NCBI GenBank assembly: GCA_965204375.1
Contig: OZ241986.1
Location: forward strand, 4,992,001 to 5,056,000
DNA: 64,000 nucleotides
DNA from: Candidatus Latescibacterota bacterium
GTDB taxonomy: Bacteria > Latescibacterota > UBA2968
Direction of reading: 5' to 3'
Shown here: piece after piece, positions 57,736 to 64,000 of the stretch
Numbering within the stretch: the stretch's first letter is position 1
Layout of the letters: each line of letters opens with the position of its first letter
The notes under the pieces: generated by a model
What the model was told of the DNA's origin: nothing
Seen by the model: the letters and a program-made list of their open reading frames with translations, nothing else
The model's database searches: none
Made by a program: the position numbers and the translations under genes

Positions 57736-57961
57736 GTGTACTTTTTCCAATAATCCCCCTATTTCATTCCAATCCCAACTGTTTCATTTGAAACACTTAC
57801 TGTGTCATTTGAAACAGTTGGCCGCATGCTCAATTTTCGGCATTTTCTAAAAATGCGCTCTCCTGCAAGCAGTTACGGATTTTTCGGGTTTTTGGCACGC
57901 TTTTTGCGCTATATAAAGGACACGAAGTTTCAATTTCAAACCATACAGGAGGGCGTTTCTC

Positions 57962-58807
57962 ATGATACACCAGTCCGTAGAACGCAAAGAAAAACTCCAT
58001 CTGCTTAAAGAAAACCTATCAAAACGCATCGACACCCTGCTCATCGGTCCAATCGGCATAGGCAAAAGCCATCTCCTCGCGCAAGTCGATGCAGACCATG
58101 TACTCAAAGTAAAAACCCTATCCCCAATAAAAGAAGCCCTCATAAATATTGCGGAAGAACTTCACAAAAGTGGAAAACTTTATCCGCATATTGAGGACTT
58201 TGAAAAAATCAAAAAACGACACACCCGCGAAACCATTCAAGCATGGACAGACATAGTACTCGACTCAGTGACAAAAAACGAATGCGTATTAATCGTAGAT
58301 GACTTATCCGACATAACGCCCTCTGTCGGGCGACTAATCGACAAACTCAACCGCAAATACATCATCATAGCCGCCCTGCGCGAAATCAAAAAAACGTACG
58401 AAAAACACTTCTGGAAATTCGACCGCATAGAAATAGAACCCTTATCCACCCCCGAAGCAAAAAACCTGATCTGGCAATGTACTGCTGGCGCCGACATAGA
58501 AGATTACCACATGACCGAAACATCCATATTACAACAAAGTGCTGGCAACCCGCGCGCCATCATCGAAATCGTCGAAAGACTCCGCAAAGAACCCGCCGTA
58601 ACCCGATCCGTCGTGCAACATGTATCTCACACAGGCGCCCGAAACCAGATTGACCTCACCTTCATAGTCGTCCTCCTCTTACTCGCAGTCGTCGCAGCGC
58701 GATTCTTCATGCGTGGCATCGGGAGCATGGAAGGCTATGTGCTCGCTGGCATCGGCAGCGCGATCCTCGTAGGCATTCGATTCTTCATGTACAGGTTCAA
58801 ACGATGA
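57962..58807 (+). CDS. P-loop ATPase with two C-terminal TM helices
   Basis: GPIGIGKS Walker A, LIVDDL Walker B, AGNPRA, hydrophobic C-terminus; RBS AGGAGG. Confidence 0.7.
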   Translation: MIHQSVERKEKLHLLKENLSKRIDTLLIGPIGIGKSHLLAQVDADHVLKVKTLSPIKEALINIAEELHKSGKLYPHIEDFEKIKKRHTRETIQAWTDIVLDSVTKNECVLIVDDLSDITPSVGRLIDKLNRKYIIIAALREIKKTYEKHFWKFDRIEIEPLSTPEAKNLIWQCTAGADIEDYHMTETSILQQSAGNPRAIIEIVERLRKEPAVTRSVVQHVSHTGARNQIDLTFIVVLLLLAVVAARFFMRGIGSMEGYVLAGIGSAILVGIRFFMYRFKR

Positions 58808-59985
58808 CCGCACCGACACACATAGCATTTGGACTGCTCACCGTGGCGGGATCCTTTTCGTTCTTCTCCATGCCCCTTCACCGCAACCTCCCCGCTGTCG
58901 CCTGCGCCATCATAGGAAGCGTGCTCCCGGATATAGATTCGCCAAAGAGCTATATCGGTCGCGTGCTCCCTTATGCATCCATCCCCATTGAGAGGCAATG
59001 GGGACACCGCACAATCACACACTCGCTACCTTGCCTGATCGCCCTATCGGTTATGATCTGGCCCCTGCTCATTTGGCAAACCCCGTGCTATGCGGCCCTA
59101 CTCCTGGGCTATATGAGTCATTTAATCGCCGATTGCGCCACCAGGAGCGGCGTACCCCTATTTTATCCCCATTCAGCGGCCTGTGTCTTCCCCGGCAGCG
59201 CGAAATACAGAATCAAAACCGGATCTGTGGGAGAACGCTACCTGTTAATCGGGCTCGTATTCATGCTCCTGATATTCCTGCCCATATTGCACATGGGAGG
59301 CATCTGGAAATCATTCAGATACCTCATGGCCACGCCCTCTGCTGCATACGCAGATTACCGACAAGCCGACACAGAAACCATCTTAACCTTTGAAGGACGC
59401 TGGCGACACACGCGGGAGCACGTACGCGGAGAAGGTGTGATCCTCGATGCCAGATCCACCATGTTCTGGATCGTAGTCAAAGGACAGGTTCAAACATGCG
59501 GAGAACACGGCGCCATCTTACCGGGCAAAGTGCGCGTGCGCGAAACAGATCGCCCCGTACAAATACAGACGCTCCAGTTGAAAAACGAAACATGGGAGCA
59601 ACTGGTAAATCAGATCCCCAAAAACAGTTTTGTATCTGGACAACTCAAAGCAACTGAAACATTCTCCCCCAGGCGCGAAACTCCCAATGCCATCACCGTC
59701 ACCTCCCGGTCATTGAAATTTCAATTTGCCCGAAAAGGGGACATCACGCGGCTTCAGCCCGTCTCTCAAAATTTATCAGAACGCGTAAAAAATCTATCAG
59801 AGGAAATATTGAGAATTTGTGAAAAACTGGAAATCGCAAAAATGGCTTATCCGCCAGTTCACTACCTCGAACTGAGTCGAATGGAACAAGAAATTACAGA
59901 AAAAAGAAAAAAAATCGAAAAACTGAAACGCGCCCAGGTACGATTCAGTGGCACATTACACATTCGCATACCGGGAGAGACATAA
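58804..59985 (+). CDS. YdjM-like inner-membrane metal-dependent hydrolase with C-terminal extension
   Basis: PTH, GSVLPDIDSPKS, HRTITHS, GYMSHLIAD, GVPLFYP; ATGA overlap with the ATPase. Confidence 0.75.
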   Translation: MTAPTHIAFGLLTVAGSFSFFSMPLHRNLPAVACAIIGSVLPDIDSPKSYIGRVLPYASIPIERQWGHRTITHSLPCLIALSVMIWPLLIWQTPCYAALLLGYMSHLIADCATRSGVPLFYPHSAACVFPGSAKYRIKTGSVGERYLLIGLVFMLLIFLPILHMGGIWKSFRYLMATPSAAYADYRQADTETILTFEGRWRHTREHVRGEGVILDARSTMFWIVVKGQVQTCGEHGAILPGKVRVRETDRPVQIQTLQLKNETWEQLVNQIPKNSFVSGQLKATETFSPRRETPNAITVTSRSLKFQFARKGDITRLQPVSQNLSERVKNLSEEILRICEKLEIAKMAYPPVHYLELSRMEQEITEKRKKIEKLKRAQVRFSGTLHIRIPGET

Positions 59986-60040
59986 TGCGCGAAAAATGCA
60001 GAACATCCCCTATTCGCTCGCGCAACGGCGACAAATGTTT

Positions 60041-62500
60041 TCAGGCATTTCGGAAAAACTCAATACGCCTGTTAATATCCCTCGCCACCTCAAGAACCTC
60101 CACAGGTGCACGAACCATCTCGCCGGAACGCTGTCGTAAGGCAACAATAAGAGGTTCCAACGCATCGGATTTCCCCCTGGACAGGAGAATATCGACAAGA
60201 TCAGGCTCCGAGGCACCGTTTGCGATCAAATCGGGCACGAGTTGTAGTATCTCGTACATCATCGTCTCATTGTCAGGTAGGAACACCGCATACGCCGACT
60301 GAAACACATCCATAGCCATCCGTAGTCTGTTCCTTAGCAGCAGTGCCAAAGCATGGACATACTTTGCTCGCCATACAAACACCACCTTCTCATCGTCAGC
60401 CAACGCACCGAGTCTTCCCTCAAGCTCTTCACTTATGAGCATAGCTTCTTTCATACGCCCTACCTTAATTTGTATCATACCCTTTTGGGACAATGCCCAG
60501 GCGATCAGAACCCGGATCGCTGGCACATCGCTGGTACCAAAACGCTCGATCACTTCCTCATACGCAGATACTGCCAGCCCCAACTCTCCCAGTTGGGCTT
60601 GCAAATCTCCCTTTTGGGACAACGCATAGGCGACCATAAGCTGAATCCCCGATGCATCGCTGGAGCCAAAACGGGCAATCACCTCTTCATATACAGACAC
60701 CGCCAAACCCAACTCTTTCTGTTGGACTTGCAAATCTCCCTTTTTTAACAGCGCCAGAGCGACCGGAAACTGGAAATCGGGAGCGTCGCTGGTACCAAAA
60801 CGCTCAATCACCTCCTCATATGCCGACATCACCAACCCCAACTCTCCGAGTTCATATCGCGCTCTTGCCCCGTGGATCAATACGCGGGCCATCCGCGCCA
60901 GGAGTGTATGGTCGCTCGCGTCGTCGAAACGCTCAACCGTCTCATCGCAAACCGCGACCACCCTTTGGAAATCCTCCAATTTTTCATAAGCAATAGCCCT
61001 CATATGCAATATGTAGGCGACGAGAGACTCTGGCATCAGAGATGCATCCACGCTTCCTGAAGCGATAAAATGGTCCCCAATCTCGATAACCCTCTCGTAT
61101 TCTCTCTCATCGAGTGCCGTTTGGATCTCCTCTTTTAAACGCAGTTCCGCCGCAAATGGCGAATTTGCTGTCGCCCTGTCCGATATGTGTTCGATGGCCG
61201 ACCAGGCCACGCGCAAAAAATTGTCCTCAACCTGCGGTTGTTCGGCGAGCGCACGCTCAATACCCTCGCGAATAACCTTTGACTCCGCCGCCGCCAAACT
61301 CAGCCGACCAGACATCTGGTACAACTCGCCTATCCCGTAGAACGCCATCATGAAATGGATCAGATTCCTCATATCTGTCGCCTCGTCGCGCTCGCGCCGC
61401 AACTTGTAATAGATGCTATAGAGAGGTTCCCCTGCGGCGTACAATCGCTTCCTTCCAGCCCCCTCCACGACGACCGCACCCCGGTTGACAAGCCGACCGA
61501 GCATAGTCGATACGGGCCGAACCCCCATACGCGCCCGCGCCGCGATCTCGCTCGTACTCGACGGTCGCCAAAAATCAATCAACGCGAGATACACGCGGCG
61601 CTCGCTCCTGGGCAAAGCCTCCAGATAACCGCGAAAATACTCGGTATGCTCATCAACCAGCGTCACCAGTTCTTCCATCAACTGGCGCAACGACCTGTGC
61701 TGCGCGAACTCGGCAACCATAATCAGGAGGCGGGGATTGCCACCGGTCAGAATCTCGAGCGGCCTGATCTCCTGTTCAGTCACCGCATCGCCGCTGACCA
61801 CCTGCCACAGACGGCAACAGTCCTCGGTACTCAGCGGTTCCAGATCGACAATTCGGAACAACTCAAAAAACGGCTCCGCCGCATTTTCCAGACCCTCAAA
61901 GCGACTCGTCGCAGTAGCGATCAGCACGATCCGAGGCTCGGACTCCAATGCGCCGCGCAACTGCCAGCCAAAATCGTCATCTATATCTTCGCAGAGCGTT
62001 TGCAGGTTTTCGACCATAAGAACGAGTTTTTTGCCCAACCGGTCCGCCGCGTCCAGAACAGCGGCACGGGCGCGATCCGCGAGCGCATCCTCATCCCAGT
62101 GATCGGTCAGATCGGCATGCGCCTCTCGCAACTCCTGTGCGAGCGCGGAATCGTACTTGACGCTCTCCCGCGCAAGATAGAACAGCGTCTCGAGCCAAAA
62201 ATCTGCAAGATTGAATATCTCGTGACTCTCCTCCATAAACCGAACCGACAAAAAACACATAGAGAGTTCCTTATCAGCATTCAACTCCGCCGAGACGCGC
62301 GCGAGCAACATCGTCTTTCCCCGCCCCCGAGGCGCGACCACCAGAACGTGCTGGCACGATGGTGAACCGATATTTCTGCGCAGCACCCCAAGCACCGTAT
62401 CGAGTTCGTGTTTCCTCACCGCGAACTGATCAATCACCTCTTCGTCGGACTGGAACGTCCCCGGATTGAACTTGCGGATTGGACGATCAGACTTGTTCAT
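60041..62500 (-). CDS. STAND-like ATPase + winged helix + TPR-repeat protein
   Basis: APRGRGKT, LMVENL, TGGNPRL, wHTH STSEIAARA, tandem ~40-aa repeats AYEEVIERFG. Confidence 0.75.
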   Translation of the reverse strand: MNKSDRPIRKFNPGTFQSDEEVIDQFAVRKHELDTVLGVLRRNIGSPSCQHVLVVAPRGRGKTMLLARVSAELNADKELSMCFLSVRFMEESHEIFNLADFWLETLFYLARESVKYDSALAQELREAHADLTDHWDEDALADRARAAVLDAADRLGKKLVLMVENLQTLCEDIDDDFGWQLRGALESEPRIVLIATATSRFEGLENAAEPFFELFRIVDLEPLSTEDCCRLWQVVSGDAVTEQEIRPLEILTGGNPRLLIMVAEFAQHRSLRQLMEELVTLVDEHTEYFRGYLEALPRSERRVYLALIDFWRPSSTSEIAARARMGVRPVSTMLGRLVNRGAVVVEGAGRKRLYAAGEPLYSIYYKLRRERDEATDMRNLIHFMMAFYGIGELYQMSGRLSLAAAESKVIREGIERALAEQPQVEDNFLRVAWSAIEHISDRATANSPFAAELRLKEEIQTALDEREYERVIEIGDHFIASGSVDASLMPESLVAYILHMRAIAYEKLEDFQRVVAVCDETVERFDDASDHTLLARMARVLIHGARARYELGELGLVMSAYEEVIERFGTSDAPDFQFPVALALLKKGDLQVQQKELGLAVSVYEEVIARFGSSDASGIQLMVAYALSQKGDLQAQLGELGLAVSAYEEVIERFGTSDVPAIRVLIAWALSQKGMIQIKVGRMKEAMLISEELEGRLGALADDEKVVFVWRAKYVHALALLLRNRLRMAMDVFQSAYAVFLPDNETMMYEILQLVPDLIANGASEPDLVDILLSRGKSDALEPLIVALRQRSGEMVRAPVEVLEVARDINRRIEFFRNA

Positions 62501-62528
62501 TACACATTCCTCAGTATTTATTAAATCG

Positions 62529-62633
62529 TTGTCAACGAAACTGTTGACAAAATAATATTTGGAAAAAAAATGTCAACCAAATTGTTGACAAAAATAATAT
62601 AAGAAAAACTTTTGTCAACCAAATTGTTGACAA
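62529..62633. repeat. three tandem palindromes TGTCAAC-N6-GTTGACA
   Basis: Starts at 62530, 62571, 62613 (41-42-bp period). Confidence 0.85.
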
Positions 62634-62786
62634 AAACTAACCTGCTATATAAATCATTCTCTACCATTAAGATACGACATGAAATACCGCGCATTGCCAT
62701 TGCGCGAGCACTATACAAAATCGGCCTTGATAAATTCCAAGTCTCCATGTATCTTCATTGTATCTACTATTCAAAGGAGAAAAGAT

Positions 62787-63029
62787 ATGGAAACCCGTGT
62801 GCAGAAATGGGGCAATAGTTTAGCCCTGCGAATTCCCAAACCACTCGCTGTCCAAATCGGGCTTGAACCCAATTCACCGGTCGAATTATCGCTGCGTGGT
62901 AAGGAGTTGGTCATTGAACCTGTAAAGCCATCTGACTTGAAATTGGACGACCTTTTATCCCAGGTAACGGAACATAACTTACACGGTGAAGTAGATACTG
63001 GACCTGCGACAGGCGGTGAAATATGGTGA
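62787..63029 (+). CDS. mazE: MazE/AbrB antitoxin
   Basis: VQKWGNSLALRIPK, HGEVDTG...GGEIW. Confidence 0.92.
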   Translation: METRVQKWGNSLALRIPKPLAVQIGLEPNSPVELSLRGKELVIEPVKPSDLKLDDLLSQVTEHNLHGEVDTGPATGGEIW

Positions 63030-63382
63030 CGCCAGACGAGTACGTTCCACAGCGCGGCGATGCGGTCTGGATCAACTTCAATCCACAAGCAGGACATGAG
63101 CAAGCCGGCCGTCGCCCCGCCGTTGTGCTCTCACCGGGAGCTTATAATGGCAAAACTCATTTGGCTATACTCTGCCCAATTACCAATCAAGTGAAGGGGT
63201 ATCCCTTTGAGGTCGTCATTCCCGCCGGGTTAAACGTGACGGGTGTTATTCTGTCAGATCAGGTCAAGAACATGGATTGGCGGACGAGGAATGCAACGCT
63301 GATATGTCCTTTGCCCGCAGAGATAGTGGATGCGGTTTTACAAAGAGTCGGAACGCTCCTATCAAGGGAACATGGACCGTGA
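63023..63382 (+). CDS. mazF: MazF endoribonuclease toxin
   Basis: YVPQRGDAVWINFNPQAGHEQAGRRPAVVLSP, CPIT..KGYPFEV. Confidence 0.93.
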   Translation: MVTPDEYVPQRGDAVWINFNPQAGHEQAGRRPAVVLSPGAYNGKTHLAILCPITNQVKGYPFEVVIPAGLNVTGVILSDQVKNMDWRTRNATLICPLPAEIVDAVLQRVGTLLSREHGP

Positions 63383-63394
63383 TGGAAATACCAT

Positions 63395-63640
63395 TTGACC
63401 CATTTGTGCGAGACTGGCTATGTCGTAGATAGATGGGAAGCCGCTGGAAGAATCGGAACGCTCATACCTCTGGACTATATCCAATGGCTAAAGAGCCTGC
63501 ATATAAACTGGATCGGCCTATCCGTCGCGCTGCATTACGACGACAGCATGGACAGCACGGTCGAGTGCGTGTACGCATCAGATGTAGATATTCGCACTTT
63601 TACCGATGACGCACTCAGACGGCGTATGTGTCCTATATAG
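63395..63640 (+). pseudogene. fragment of a larger protein (glycoside hydrolase TIM-barrel-like)
   Basis: DYIQWLKSLHINWIGLSV...TFTDDALR resembles an internal segment; no good start, early stop. Confidence 0.3.
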
Positions 63641-63646
63641 AAACCC

Positions 63647-64000
63647 CTACTCCTCCTCCACCGGCAACATCACCCTGAACGTCGTCCCCACGCCCTGTTC
63701 ACTCTCCACAGCGATTTGCCCATTGTGCTTGCGAACAATAGCATAAATAATCGACAACCCCAAACCCGTACCTCGGTCTGCATCCTTAGTCGTAAAAAAA
63801 GGCTCAAAAAGACGTTGCCGGGTCGCCCCATCCATCCCAACCCCATTATCCTCCACCTCGATAACAACCGCATCGTCCTCAGCCCGCGCCCGGATCCAGA
63901 TCCACTTATCGTAACCTATCCCCTCCATCTCAGCACGCTCATCCACTGCATCCCGAGCATTTGACAGCAAATTGAGAACCACCTGCTCGAGCGGATGCGG
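63647..64000 (-). CDS. sensor histidine kinase, C-terminal HATPase_c (5' partial)
   Basis: QVVLNLLSNARDA, VEDNGVG, FEPFFTTK, GTGLGLSI, GTTFRV. Confidence 0.92.
   Translation of the reverse strand, partial: PHPLEQVVLNLLSNARDAVDERAEMEGIGYDKWIWIRARAEDDAVVIEVEDNGVGMDGATRQRLFEPFFTTKDADRGTGLGLSIIYAIVRKHNGQIAVESEQGVGTTFRVMLPVEEE

Noticed and set aside
61355-62365. 336-aa + strand ORF
   Set aside because: Antisense shadow of the STAND-like gene
62529-62633. Mini CRISPR array
   Set aside because: Linkers are too short, A/T-rich and partly identical; no cas genes in the window

Overview
A 64-kb bacterial chromosomal window. The lineage is inferred, not proven, to be a Latescibacterota/Gemmatimonadota-like uncultured organism, from the dockerin-like DFLLF tails and the DUF6785 and M28-FtsX genes. 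The housekeeping backbone comprises mrp antiporter D subunits, rlmH, ribD'-ribE-ribBA-ribH-nusB, secA, groES-groEL with CIRCE, cspA, gltX with tRNA-Gln/Ser/Ser, nnr, a split carB and pyrK. Accessory inserts include a duplicated small gene plus TIR gene inside the rib operon, a solo TnpB element, a HigBA-type module flanked by 12-bp direct repeats, a type IIG-like RM islet flanked by a 17-bp duplication of the tRNA-Gln 3' end, and a >12-kb accessory block after pyrK. The most striking signal is a NYN (PIN-like) ribonuclease gene (56933-57592). It has its own promoter and a ~85-nt structured leader (cUUCGg hairpin, possible pseudoknot, terminator-like stem), and the unit is bracketed by 28-bp inverted repeats. 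A near-identical gene-less copy of that leader lies 20 kb away (36690-36775) behind its own promoter and a second hairpin module. This looks like a candidate RNA-antitoxin/NYN-toxin (type III-like) system with an orphan RNA copy. Several dispersed short-repeat families and operator-like palindrome arrays are also present. All calls come from motif reading only; no searches were run.
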